Notes: a model not told the origin generated them from the letters alone. A stretch of DNA of 32,243 nucleotides from Candidatus Omnitrophota bacterium (GCA_050122705.1 JASFIK010000001.1:1-32243); one strand, 5' to 3'; positions 9,628 to 18,393 are shown, counted from the first letter of the stretch. Numbers and translations: made by a program.

Positions 9628-9909
9628 TTAAACTCTAATGGTTAACAAAAAGATGACTAAGGACAAGGCAAAAAACACAATCCCCAATTTTAGCCTAACC
9701 TTTGGATTGGTAATAATTTTATCAAAATTGATGGATTTATCTAATTTTTGTCTCAACCACTTATCAAAATCAAAAGACTTCTCTAATACTTGCTTGGAAA
9801 TAGAAACAATCCGTCCGCCAAAGATTAGGTCTATCCCGACAAAAATGCCTAACAGCCCTGCCGTAATACCAATACCTTTGAGTATGTGGGTATACAATAT
9901 TTCATCCAT
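9628..9909 (-). CDS. small two-TM membrane protein, unknown function
   Basis: It has two hydrophobic helices. A strong AAGGAGG lies 6 nt upstream of the ATG. No family was recognised. Confidence 0.55.
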   Translation of the reverse strand: MDEILYTHILKGIGITAGLLGIFVGIDLIFGGRIVSISKQVLEKSFDFDKWLRQKLDKSINFDKIITNPKVRLKLGIVFFALSLVIFLLTIRV

Positions 9910-9932
9910 CCGGCGCCTCCTTTATTGAACAG

Positions 9933-9978
9933 ATAGCCCAGAGAATTCTTCTTTAGATAATTCTCCTTATGGGGCTAT
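9933..9978 (-). other. intercistronic stem-loop between pyrK and the small membrane-protein gene
   Basis: ATAGCCC/GGGCTAT and GAGAATT/AATTCTC form nested inverted repeats. No U-tract follows. The downstream SD comes right after the structure. Confidence 0.4.
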
Positions 9979-9982
9979 AGGT

Positions 9983-10852
9983 TTATTTATTGTACCACTT
10001 AATTCTAGATGCGTCAAATACCGGACCATCCCTGCAGACAAGCTTCTGGCCCTTGCGGGTATTAACCATACAACCCAAACATACGCCCAGACCACAAGCC
10101 ATATATTCATCTAAAGAGATTTGTGCTGGTATGCTATATTGACTTGAAATACTGGCGATCTCCTGAAGCATTGACTTGGGTCCACAGGCAAATATTGCTA
10201 TATATCTTGGGGCATGCCTGTTTGTGCGTACAATAATTTTTAATAACTGCGTGACTTTACCTTTAAAACCGGCTGAGCCATTATCTGAAGATATTTTAAC
10301 ATTCAAGCCTAAACTTGCAAACTCTTTTTTACACAAAATTTCTTTTTTTGTCTTTGCGCCAATTAATACAATTGGCTTCTCTTCTATGCGTTCAGCTAAT
10401 TTATGACTGGTTAATTGCTGGGCAAGAAAAACCATCGGAGCAACGCCTATGCCGCCAGCCACCAAAACCGGTAATCGATTATCGGTAATTGATAATTGGT
10501 AATCAAATCCATTCCCTAACGGACCTAAGATATCTAAGTATCTGCCCGGCTTCTCCTTTGATAAAATCTTTGTTCCTTTACCAACAGTTCGATAAAGAAT
10601 CATTATGCCGCGCGCCTGGCTTTTTTTCTTCTGGTTATGTGCTGTAAGTTGTGAGTTGTAAATTAAGCCATGAATACTAAACGGTCGGCGCAAAAACGGC
10701 TCATAGCCCGGGGTTGTCCGCAACATAACAAACTGTCCAGGCCAAGCAGCCTGTGCAATCTTTGGGGCATTAAGGGTTAACCTATAATAATCATTAGCTA
10801 TTCGCACATTACTAATAATCTGTGCTTTTATCTGATATTTGCGATTCTTCAT
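9983..10852 (-). CDS. pyrK: dihydroorotate dehydrogenase electron-transfer subunit (PyrK-like)
   Basis: The layout is ferredoxin-reductase-like: RPFSI, GPLGNGF, VAGGIGVAPM, and a C-terminal 2Fe-2S motif CGLGVCLGC..C. The start is taken at MKNRKYQIK (10852). The track extension would run into mutM. Confidence 0.8.
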   Translation of the reverse strand: MKNRKYQIKAQIISNVRIANDYYRLTLNAPKIAQAAWPGQFVMLRTTPGYEPFLRRPFSIHGLIYNSQLTAHNQKKKSQARGIMILYRTVGKGTKILSKEKPGRYLDILGPLGNGFDYQLSITDNRLPVLVAGGIGVAPMVFLAQQLTSHKLAERIEEKPIVLIGAKTKKEILCKKEFASLGLNVKISSDNGSAGFKGKVTQLLKIIVRTNRHAPRYIAIFACGPKSMLQEIASISSQYSIPAQISLDEYMACGLGVCLGCMVNTRKGQKLVCRDGPVFDASRIKWYNK

Positions 10853-10869
10853 AAATCTTAGATGTCTTG

Positions 10870-11670
10870 TCAGCGCTGGCACCTTGGGCAGAAGTAGGTT
10901 CCCCGGCCTGCCAAGTTGATTCGCTTTATCGGGGTTCTGCACACAAAACAAGGTTTGCCTTTTCGATCATAGACCTTATGATATTTAACATACTTGCCTG
11001 GGCTACCAGTTAATTGCACATATTGATCTACCGAAGAGCCTTTGTACTTTATCGCCTTATTTAAAACCTGTTTAATCTGTTGAAAAAGCTTCTCTCTTTG
11101 TTTCTTAGATAAAGAGCTAGCTGCTCTTTGAGGATGAATCCTTGCCCTGAACAGAGCCTCTGCAGCATAGAGATTGCCTATGCCACAGATAAATGTCTGG
11201 TCCATCAATAGAGGCTTTATCTTGGTTTTTCTACCCATGAGCATCTGCTTGAATTGCTCAACCGTTAAATCAAATGGTTCAGGTCCCAGCTCTTGAATAA
11301 ATTTTAAAGCCCTCCAGTCATCCAAGAGTCGTAACTCGCCCATTAGGCGCTGGTCATTAAAATCCAGCCATTTGTTGTTTGATAACCTAAAACTCACCCG
11401 GCTCTCTCGGGCGCAACCAGGATAAATAAGCTGCCCAGTCATCTTCAGATGTATGGTTAAAGATTTACCGGATGACAATTCGAGAATTAAAAGCTTGCCC
11501 TTTCTTAAGATATTCTTAATAGTTTGATTTTTTAAGCCTTTTAAAAATGCTGCTCTTGTCGGCTGTTTAATAACCTTAGGGTGATTTATTTTTATCTCGG
11601 CAATCCTTTTGCCTAAAACTGCCCTTTGTAATTCCTGTTTTACAGTCTCCACTTCTGGCAATTCCGGCAT
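10870..11670 (-). CDS. mutM: formamidopyrimidine-DNA glycosylase (Fpg/MutM)
   Basis: It has the N-terminal MPELPEVE, an H2TH region, and a C-terminal zinc finger CFVCRTPI..YFCPRCQ. GGAGGG lies upstream. Confidence 0.9.
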   Translation of the reverse strand: MPELPEVETVKQELQRAVLGKRIAEIKINHPKVIKQPTRAAFLKGLKNQTIKNILRKGKLLILELSSGKSLTIHLKMTGQLIYPGCARESRVSFRLSNNKWLDFNDQRLMGELRLLDDWRALKFIQELGPEPFDLTVEQFKQMLMGRKTKIKPLLMDQTFICGIGNLYAAEALFRARIHPQRAASSLSKKQREKLFQQIKQVLNKAIKYKGSSVDQYVQLTGSPGKYVKYHKVYDRKGKPCFVCRTPIKRINLAGRGTYFCPRCQR

Positions 11671-11673
11671 AAG

Positions 11674-12069
11674 CTATCCCTCCAGAACCTTAACCCAAAC
11701 CTGTCTATTGCGTGGTCCGTCAGATTCGGCAAAGAAAATGCCCTGCCAGGCACCCAGACAGAGCTTGCCTGCTTCCACGAATATATGTAGAGAAGTGCCC
11801 AATAGCGAAGACTTTATATGGCTGTCTGCATTGCCCTCAGAGTGAGTATATCCCATACCTTCAGGGATTAATTTATTCAACGTGTTTGTAATATCGCGCT
11901 TAACTGAAGGATCGGCATTCTCATTTATGGTTATCCCTGCAGTAGTATGGGGCACAAAAACAAAACAAATGCCTTGTTTTATTTTGGATTTGGCAACTGC
12001 CTGCTGAATCCGGCTAGTAAGATCAACCAACTCTATGCGCCTGGTTGTACGAACCCCTATTGTTTCCAT
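11674..12069 (-). CDS. yjbQ: YjbQ/UPF0047 family protein (paralogue 3)
   Basis: It has ..LVDLTSRI..GICFVFVPHTTAGITINENADP..ADSHIKSSLLGTSLHIFVEAGKLCLGAWQGIFFAESDG. Confidence 0.8.
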   Translation of the reverse strand: METIGVRTTRRIELVDLTSRIQQAVAKSKIKQGICFVFVPHTTAGITINENADPSVKRDITNTLNKLIPEGMGYTHSEGNADSHIKSSLLGTSLHIFVEAGKLCLGAWQGIFFAESDGPRNRQVWVKVLEG

Positions 12070-12092
12070 GTGTGTGTCTATTTATTTATCTG

Positions 12093-12566
12093 TTAATCTT
12101 GCTTTTTCTTAGGGATAATCTTCCTAACTTCGGACATTACTTCCTCAACTGTATTTACTCTAATTACTCCGGGTATATCCCAAGAGCGTAAACTAATTAT
12201 TGGAATATGAAATTGAAGAGCATAGGCAATCTCAGAAAGCGTACCTGCTTCTCCAGGGAGCGCAATAATTATATCAGCAGATTTTACAACTAATACATTC
12301 CTGGCCAATCCTAAGCCAGTAGGAATAACTATATCAATATATTGATTGGCGTCATCTTTGTTGTAGCCAGGTATAATGCCTATAGTTAAGCCACCTCCTG
12401 TCTTAAAACCTTGGCAAACTGATTCCATCACTCCACTTAAACCGCCACAAACAATAAAATCAACCACTTTTGCTAAATTTTTGCCTAAATTTTGGGCAAT
12501 TTGCTCCACTTCATTAGAACAATTATGCCCTCCTATTACCCCTATTATCATTTTTCTCACATTCAT
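12093..12566 (-). CDS. TIGR00725/LOG-like (SLOG-fold) Rossmann protein
   Basis: It has IGVIGG..VCGGLSGVMESV..GIIPG..LPGEAGTLSEI, a LOG-family-like pattern. The start is ambiguous among ATG 12566, GTG 12560 (6 nt after AGGAG) and ATG 12551. Confidence 0.65.
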   Translation of the reverse strand: MNVRKMIIGVIGGHNCSNEVEQIAQNLGKNLAKVVDFIVCGGLSGVMESVCQGFKTGGGLTIGIIPGYNKDDANQYIDIVIPTGLGLARNVLVVKSADIIIALPGEAGTLSEIAYALQFHIPIISLRSWDIPGVIRVNTVEEVMSEVRKIIPKKKQD

Positions 12567-12571
12567 CTCCT

Positions 12572-12584
12572 AGGTTCGAATCCT
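12572..12584 (-). other. 13-nt perfect complement of the tRNA-Arg T-arm, located in the tRNA 3' trailer
   Basis: Plus strand 12572-12584 (AGGTTCGAATCCT) is the exact reverse complement of plus strand 12609-12621 (AGGATTCGAACCT), which lies inside the tRNA gene. It directly abuts the AGGAG upstream of the next CDS. Confidence 0.6.
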
Positions 12585-12598
12585 TTGAACAAGTCTTA

Positions 12599-12670
12599 TG
12601 CGCCTGGCAGGATTCGAACCTGCACACATGGCGCCGGAGGCCATTGCGCTATCCATTGCGCTACAGGCGC
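12599..12670 (-). tRNA. tRNA-Arg (anticodon CCG)
   Basis: Hand-folded cloverleaf: GCGCCTG/CAGGCGC acceptor, GCGC/GCGC D-stem, ATGGC/GCCAT anticodon stem with loop CTCCGGC, and GCAGG-TTCGAAT-CCTGC T-arm. It is 72 nt long and CCA is not encoded. Confidence 0.9.
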
Positions 12671-12688
12671 GTCATTCGTTACTGCTGA

Positions 12689-12717
12689 TTAAAGGGAAAA
12701 CAATCTTTTCCCTTTAA
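12689..12717 (-). terminator. perfect 12-bp inverted repeat, candidate intrinsic terminator after the flavodoxin gene
   Basis: TTAAAGGGAAAA-caatc-TTTTCCCTTTAA. On the minus-strand RNA the core GGGAAAA/UUUUCCC is followed by UUUAAU. This U-tract is weak, so function is uncertain. Confidence 0.45.
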
Positions 12718-12806
12718 TAATCCCCTTTTTAGGTTTTTAACAATAAGTATTTTACAGCAAATGCTTATATCTGCTACGCATATAACTGTTAAACACCTGC
12801 CCCTAA

Positions 12807-13289
12807 CTATAGTTGCAATGTTCCGCTGATGGCCTGATTTACGAATTCCTTATCATTTACCTTAAGCTGCTGGATTGATAGATGCCTAAAATCACTAGCT
12901 CCCTTTGTGGATAAAATCTTTTGCATATAATTAAAGCATCTGCGAACGCCGATTCCGCTTCCGTAGGTAGTAAATATAACCACTGGTCTTCCTAACAGGC
13001 CAGAGCAAATATCAAGATATGTATTCATTGCTGGTGCTGGTGCGAATGCCCAAACCGGAGTACCCAGACAGATTAAATCGTAATTGGATAAATCGGATTC
13101 CGCATGGACAACCCTGGCCTTCTTATGAATCAATGCTCTTGCCGCTTGGATAAAGAAAGTGGTTGATTCATCTTGTGTCTCAAGCCGCAATACCTTAACC
13201 TCATTTTCCCCCTGTAAATAATTGGCTAAGCAATCGGCTATCTTCTTGGTATTGCCGCTATACGAGTAATAAATAATTATTGCCCTCAT
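12807..13289 (-). CDS. flavodoxin-family protein
   Basis: The N-terminal IIIYYSYSGNTKKIA is an FMN phosphate-binding-loop type, followed by GTPVWAF. The ATG abuts the upstream TAA. Confidence 0.7.
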   Translation of the reverse strand: MRAIIIYYSYSGNTKKIADCLANYLQGENEVKVLRLETQDESTTFFIQAARALIHKKARVVHAESDLSNYDLICLGTPVWAFAPAPAMNTYLDICSGLLGRPVVIFTTYGSGIGVRRCFNYMQKILSTKGASDFRHLSIQQLKVNDKEFVNQAISGTLQL

Positions 13290-13574
13290 TTAATACCCGC
13301 TTTCAAAAAATATTTCCTGTTTAGAAATTGTGGTGATTTCCTTATAATCCAGGCCCTCCAGGTGGAACTCGAATGGCTTTGCTTGCCCCTTTCTAAGACC
13401 CCTTATCTTAAATATGCCTGTCCAGACAATTTTATCTTTTGCAAATAAACTAAAGCGGAAGGCCGCGGTTTGATAATTCTTGGCAGTGTTATTGCTTACT
13501 TCTCCTTTAGCAAACACCCATCCTTTTCTACCGCTCCTCGTTAAACTAACATCACGATATAAGAATCCTGGCAT
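13290..13574 (-). CDS. 94-aa hypothetical protein, beta-rich, no signal peptide
   Basis: A strong AAGGAG lies 5 nt upstream of the ATG. It is tightly packed between the EndoQ-like and flavodoxin genes. It faintly resembles FxLYD-type beta-sandwich domains (GEVSNNT..FRFSLFAKD..PFEF). This is not a confident assignment. Confidence 0.6.
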   Translation of the reverse strand: MPGFLYRDVSLTRSGRKGWVFAKGEVSNNTAKNYQTAAFRFSLFAKDKIVWTGIFKIRGLRKGQAKPFEFHLEGLDYKEITTISKQEIFFESGY

Positions 13575-13587
13575 TGACTCTCCTTTA

Positions 13588-14826
13588 TCAAAATAGGCTT
13601 AACTGCTCCTCGTTCTTAATACCCCTGTCCTCTTCGCTAAAGGTAGAAATCTTGCCGTACTCTCCATCAAAGCCAGGTTGAACAACAACCTGCCGCTCGC
13701 GTACCCGCAAGACACCTTCAGCTATTCGCTTAGGTAAATTGTTCCTCAAATCCTCTTTGCTGGCGCGCAGTAAGATTCCAAATTCACTACCAAACTTGGA
13801 TATGGCCATACGATATTCTGCAGCAACTGCCTTGCTGCCTTTATTTAATCCCTTTGCCTCAGCAATAATCTCATCTAGGGGAATAAGATTTTTATAAGGG
13901 ATTGCCTGATTGGGTTTATCGCCTAAGGGTCTATCTGCTAATTGTTCAACTCGGTTCATCACTCCAATAGTTACTCGTCTACCGCATTTAGGACAAATAC
14001 CTTTGTGCTCGTTAGTCTGGCTTGGTGAAAACCTAACCCCGCAGTTACGATGCCCGTCGAAATGATACTTACCCTCTTCGGGAAAAAATTCTATAGTATA
14101 TAAAAATCGGGTTTTGTCTTTTTTCTTTAAGCTATCAATGATATCTTTATAATTTAATTCACAATTGAACACATTGGCCTCCCGACCAATGCGCGAAGGG
14201 CTGTGGGAGTCGCTGTTGGAGATAAGGCTGAAACGGTCCAGGGCTGACCAACGCCAGTTCATCGCTGGATCAGAAGATAACCCTGTCTCCAGGGCGAATA
14301 TATTTACAGTCTGCTCCTCAAAGCAGTCCTCAATTCTATCAAATCCAGACATTGAGCCAAATACACTAAACCAAGGAGTCCAGACATGGGCAGGCACTAA
14401 TACAGACGCCTCATCAATACCAAAGACTATTCGCGCTAATTCTGCTGCATCAATACCGAGTATCGGTCGGCCATCTGAGGCCAAGTTCCCCCAGCGGCTT
14501 AAGGTATTGTTTATTTTGTCCACGCTTTTAAAAGACGGGGCAATGATAATATTATGAATCCGGTAGCCGCGTCCTGCCTTAGAATAAATACTGCTAATCT
14601 CAGCGGTTAATATGAAATATACATCACCGAATTTAAATAGGCCGTTACCTAAATCCTCTAAATTGGCTTTTAATTCCTCTAACCAGAGATGGTGAGTAAA
14701 ATCGCCTGTTCCCATTAGGGTTATGCCCTTTAATCTTGCCCATTCTGCTATGTGTTCAATATCCATATCCCGGCTGGTTGCCCGGCTGTATTTGGAATGG
14801 ATATGAAAATCAGCGATAAATTCCAT
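13588..14826 (-). CDS. endonuclease Q (EndoQ) family protein: PHP-like domain plus zinc finger
   Basis: These segments match, block by block, the archaeal/Bacillus EndoQ sequence as I remember it: ADFHIHSKYSRATS, GTGDFTH, PAHVWTPWFS, SNSDSHSPSRIGREANVF, GKYHFDGHRNC, CPKCGRRVTIGVMNRV and PGFDGEYGKI. GGGAGA lies upstream. Confidence 0.85.
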   Translation of the reverse strand: MEFIADFHIHSKYSRATSRDMDIEHIAEWARLKGITLMGTGDFTHHLWLEELKANLEDLGNGLFKFGDVYFILTAEISSIYSKAGRGYRIHNIIIAPSFKSVDKINNTLSRWGNLASDGRPILGIDAAELARIVFGIDEASVLVPAHVWTPWFSVFGSMSGFDRIEDCFEEQTVNIFALETGLSSDPAMNWRWSALDRFSLISNSDSHSPSRIGREANVFNCELNYKDIIDSLKKKDKTRFLYTIEFFPEEGKYHFDGHRNCGVRFSPSQTNEHKGICPKCGRRVTIGVMNRVEQLADRPLGDKPNQAIPYKNLIPLDEIIAEAKGLNKGSKAVAAEYRMAISKFGSEFGILLRASKEDLRNNLPKRIAEGVLRVRERQVVVQPGFDGEYGKISTFSEEDRGIKNEEQLSLF

Positions 14827-15277
14827 TATCTATCTCCCTTAATGTCTTGCTAATGTTTCCCCAATGCGTTCCCTGCCAATAAATGCGGCAGCAGCAAGGA
14901 CAGATTAAAAAGTTATCTTGGGTATTAAAAACGTATTCGGGAACCTTATCTTTTACCTTAGATTTATCAATTTCACTTAATTCAGTATTGCAAATTATGC
15001 AACGGCTAAACATCGTCTCTTCATCTGGCCTGATGCTTAACTCCTTAAATACCTGTTTCAGTTGCTCCTGCGCAGAGTCGCTTTTTACATGAACCAACCG
15101 GGTCACCCTTGCCTTATGCACAAAGCGGGAATTACGAGTAATAATAATCCGATTGTCTCTCAGGGCCTCAACCAGCAAACAGGAAAAATTGGTTTGCGAA
15201 GAATAAGCTGCGTCAAAACCCAAGATGCGCAACCACTTGGCGAGCCTGCCCAATTCGGGGGTTAGAATAAACCTCAT
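14810..15277 (-). CDS. Mut7-C (DUF82) PIN-like RNase domain protein with C-terminal zinc ribbon
   Basis: MRFILTPELGRLAKWLRILGFDA..RIIITRN..RCIICN..ICPCCCRIYWQGTHW is the characteristic Mut7-C pattern. It has an ATGA overlap with the pyrC stop. Confidence 0.75.
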   Translation of the reverse strand: MRFILTPELGRLAKWLRILGFDAAYSSQTNFSCLLVEALRDNRIIITRNSRFVHKARVTRLVHVKSDSAQEQLKQVFKELSIRPDEETMFSRCIICNTELSEIDKSKVKDKVPEYVFNTQDNFLICPCCCRIYWQGTHWGNISKTLREIDNGIYR

Positions 15278-16548
15278 TTTTTATATGCAATTTTGCCATT
15301 GCAAATGGTATATTCAACCACACCGTTCAACTTACTTCCCAGAAAAGCACAATTCTTTGATTTGGATAAAAAATTATCTTTGCTGACCACCCATTCCTGA
15401 GTAGGGTCAATGATGATTATATCAGCATCCTTGCCAATTGACAAATCCCCTTTATCCAGTCCAAGAATCCTGGCTGGATTAGTAGTTAATTTGCTTACCA
15501 AATCTGTCCAGCCCAATATGTCTGTTTGCACCAGCTCTGTGATGCCTACTGACAGCTCGGTTTCCAAACCTGTAGTTCCAAATGCAGCATGCTCAAATTC
15601 TATATCTTTTTCATTTTCAGTATGCGGTGCGTGGTCAGAGGCAATCACATCGATTGTGCCGTCTTGTAATCCCTGCCTTATGGCCGCTACATCGCCTTTG
15701 CTGCGCAAAGGAGGGTTTATCTTCATATTAGTATCATAACCCAGTGCCTGTTCTTCAGTCAAAGAAAAATAATGCGGGGCAGTCTCCGCAGTTACCTCTA
15801 TACCCTCCCTTTTGGCTTCAGCAATAATCTCTACTGACTCGCTACAGCTTATATGCGCTATATGCACTGGCGCAGATGCTCTCTTTGCAAGCTGTATATC
15901 CCGCTGGACCCTTTTATATTCTGATTCCTTAGCAATTCCTCGTAGGCCCATACAAGTTGAAATAAGACCTAGATTCACTACCCCGCCCCTGGTAAGCAAT
16001 GTATCTTCGCTATGGCAGATAACCAAAACCTTATTTGCCTTAGCAATTTTGAACACCTCTAAGAGCAATTCATCGCAGTCAACTGATGAGCCATCGTCAG
16101 TAATTGCCAAAACCCCCTCGTTCTTTAAGCTATTAATATCAGTTATCTCCTGGCCTTGGCGCCCTTTAGTAATTGCCCCAGCAATAAATACATTTGCCTT
16201 TGCAGTTTTTGTAATAATATCTTTTACTAACCTGACATTCCCAGGGCAATCTATGGCTGGCTGGGTATTGGGCATGGCCAAACAAGAGGTAACCCCTCCC
16301 CTTAGCGCAGCAGAAGTGCCAGTTAAAATAGTTTCTTTATCCTCTCTGCCAGGCTCTCTTAAATGCACATGCATGTCTACAATGCCTGGCATAACTAACC
16401 TACCAGCGGCATCGATTATCTCACCCGCCTGTGTCTTTATGCCCTTGGAAACTCGGGCAATCTTAGATTGCTCAATCAGAATATCCTGTATATCATCAAT
16501 CTTATTCGCTGGATCAACTACGCGACCATTTTTAATCAGTATCGCCAT
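15274..16548 (-). CDS. pyrC: dihydroorotase
   Basis: It has DMHVHLREPG and SDHAPH among its metal-ligand motifs, and the length is typical. Confidence 0.9.
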   Translation of the reverse strand: MAILIKNGRVVDPANKIDDIQDILIEQSKIARVSKGIKTQAGEIIDAAGRLVMPGIVDMHVHLREPGREDKETILTGTSAALRGGVTSCLAMPNTQPAIDCPGNVRLVKDIITKTAKANVFIAGAITKGRQGQEITDINSLKNEGVLAITDDGSSVDCDELLLEVFKIAKANKVLVICHSEDTLLTRGGVVNLGLISTCMGLRGIAKESEYKRVQRDIQLAKRASAPVHIAHISCSESVEIIAEAKREGIEVTAETAPHYFSLTEEQALGYDTNMKINPPLRSKGDVAAIRQGLQDGTIDVIASDHAPHTENEKDIEFEHAAFGTTGLETELSVGITELVQTDILGWTDLVSKLTTNPARILGLDKGDLSIGKDADIIIIDPTQEWVVSKDNFLSKSKNCAFLGSKLNGVVEYTICNGKIAYKK

Positions 16549-17476
16549 ATTTTTTATCTTGTGCTTGAGATACTAAAAAAAGTACTGCCATCCTTACAGC
16601 AATGCCATTGGTAACCTGCTGCAGGATTACTGAGTTGGCTCCGTCTGCAACCTCGCTGGATATTTCTACTCCCCGATTAAGCGGTCCAGGATGCATCACC
16701 ACAATGTCCCTTTTTGCTTTCTTAATCCTTTCCTGGGTGATGCCAAAATTTTTAAAGTATTCTATTTGACTAGGAAAGGCTTCCTTTTCATCACGCTCAA
16801 ATTGCATTCTTAAAACATTGACTGCGTCAGCGTCCTTCAAGGCTGCATCTATATCGTAAGTTACGTGTGCGCCCATTTGTTCTATGGCCACGGGAATGAG
16901 CATCTGGGGAGCGCAAACGGTTACTTTTGCACCTAACTTTGTCAATCCCCAGATATTTGAACGCGCTACCCGCGAGTGAGCAATGTCTCCTACAATTGTC
17001 ACATTTAAACCCGAGATCTTCCCTAACCTTTCCTTTAAGGTGAGGATATCTAAAAGTGCTTGGGTAGGATGCTCGTGCCACCCATCCCCAGCATTAACTA
17101 CGCTTATATCTACATGGCGGGCAAGCATGGCAGCTGCCCCTGAGCAGTTATGTCTTACTATAATGATATCGGTTTTAAGGGCCTGGATATTGGTGCCGGT
17201 ATCAATCAGGGTTTCCCCTTTTTTCACGCTCGAGGTCTCAGTCATAATATTGATTACGTCTGCGGATAATCTTTTAGCGGCGATTTCAAAGGAAACCCTG
17301 GTCCTGGTAGAGGGTTCATAAAATAGGTTGACTGCTGTTTTCCCGCGCAGTGCAGGAACCTTTTTAATTGCCCGACGCGAAACATCCTTAAACGACTCAG
17401 CGGTGGATATAATAAGCTCAATCTCCTCTTTGGTTAAATCCTCAAGACCCAATAGGTCTTTCTTTATCCAGACCAT
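16532..17476 (-). CDS. pyrB: aspartate carbamoyltransferase catalytic subunit
   Basis: It has PSTRTR, HEHPTQ and HPGPLNRG. Confidence 0.92.
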   Translation of the reverse strand: MVWIKKDLLGLEDLTKEEIELIISTAESFKDVSRRAIKKVPALRGKTAVNLFYEPSTRTRVSFEIAAKRLSADVINIMTETSSVKKGETLIDTGTNIQALKTDIIIVRHNCSGAAAMLARHVDISVVNAGDGWHEHPTQALLDILTLKERLGKISGLNVTIVGDIAHSRVARSNIWGLTKLGAKVTVCAPQMLIPVAIEQMGAHVTYDIDAALKDADAVNVLRMQFERDEKEAFPSQIEYFKNFGITQERIKKAKRDIVVMHPGPLNRGVEISSEVADGANSVILQQVTNGIAVRMAVLFLVSQAQDKKYGDTD

Positions 17477-17481
17477 ATTAT

Positions 17482-18070
<589 letters not shown>

Positions 18071-18078
18071 GAACTTAT

Positions 18079-18112
18079 CCCCCCTTCTTGCTTTCGCAAG
18101 AAAGCAGGGGGG
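18079..18112 (-). promoter_or_regulatory. GC-clamped hairpin with GAAA tetraloop in the pyrR leader
   Basis: The minus RNA reads CCCCCCUGCUUUCUUGC-GAAA-GCAAGAAGGGGGG. No U-tract follows, so it is not a canonical terminator. Confidence 0.4.
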
Positions 18113-18164
18113 ATTAATTCCAACACACAACCCATGTTTGCTACGCTCCATAATTTGTGTCGTA

Positions 18165-18202
18165 ATTAACAAAAAACCCAACTGCTGTGTTGCAATTGGG
18201 TT
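18165..18202 (-). terminator. intrinsic terminator (attenuator) in the pyrR leader
   Basis: The minus RNA reads AACCCAAUUGC-AACACA-GCAGUUGGGUU followed by UUUUGUU. Together with the two U at the end of the 3' arm this makes a UUUUUU run. The stem has 11 positions with one A.C mismatch. Confidence 0.6.
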
Positions 18203-18230
18203 ATAATTTTGACATTAAAATCTGCACCAT
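18201..18230 (-). promoter_or_regulatory. candidate 9-codon leader ORF (MVQILMSKL*)
   Basis: The sequence is AUG GUG CAG AUU UUA AUG UCA AAA UUA UAA. AAGGAG lies 5 nt upstream. The UAA overlaps the first bases of the terminator 5' arm. Confidence 0.3.
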
Positions 18231-18235
18231 AATTT

Positions 18236-18271
18236 CTCCTTGCCAGCCTCGCAGGTGCTGGCTTAAAGGAC
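18236..18271 (-). promoter_or_regulatory. PyrR binding-loop-like RNA hairpin
   Basis: The minus RNA reads UCCUU-UAA-GCCAGC-ACCUGCGAG-GCUGGC-AAGGA. The CCUUUAA..CCAG..GAGGCUGG..AAGG layout resembles PyrR binding loops (Rfam PyrR family) as I remember them. The apical loop differs from the CCAGAGAGG consensus. Confidence 0.5.
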
Positions 18272-18290
18272 CAAGCCTTAGATTAACCTA

Positions 18291-18319
18291 AAAATAGCAT
18301 ATAAATACGCCCTTGTCAA
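18291..18319 (-). promoter_or_regulatory. candidate sigma70-type promoter of the pyrR operon
   Basis: The minus strand reads TTGACA-17 nt-TATTTT. Confidence 0.45.
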
Positions 18320-18323
18320 GGGC
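18309..18323. repeat. 15-nt perfect palindrome GCCCTTGTCAAGGGC overlapping the pyrR -35
   Basis: Read directly from the sequence. GCCCTTG and CAAGGGC are exact complements around a single central T. Confidence 0.6.
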
Positions 18324-18393
18324 AATTACAGCATTGCGCAACCACGGACTCCTGATTAACCAAATGCCTGCGGCGGCATTATTAAAGAACTAT

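Noticed and set aside
9638-9928. 96-aa plus-strand ORF opposite the small membrane-protein gene. Similar cases occur at 8834-9055, 8871-9062, 16827-17081 and 28781-29053.
   Set aside because: The minus-strand 93-aa ORF has the strong AAGGAGG SD and clear TM helices, so the antisense ORF is a shadow. The other ORFs are alternative frames inside GT2, pyrB and dnaA.
14810-15277. Idea that the Mut7-C PIN-like protein could be the missing RNase P activity (HARP-like).
   Set aside because: HARP belongs to a different PIN subfamily (PIN_5) and lacks the Mut7-C zinc ribbon. There is no sequence support, so this stays an untested thought and is not a claim.
15812-16576. 254-aa plus-strand ORF antisense to pyrC. 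Similar long antisense ORFs occur at 26103-26573, 25137-25532, 23482-23898, 21922-22326, 14165-14557, 15410-15739 and 16983-17321.
   Set aside because: Each lies entirely inside a confidently identified, conserved minus-strand gene. Their compositions are low-complexity (Ser/Leu/Pro/Ile-rich), no motifs are recognisable and no SD is present. They are typical shadow ORFs.
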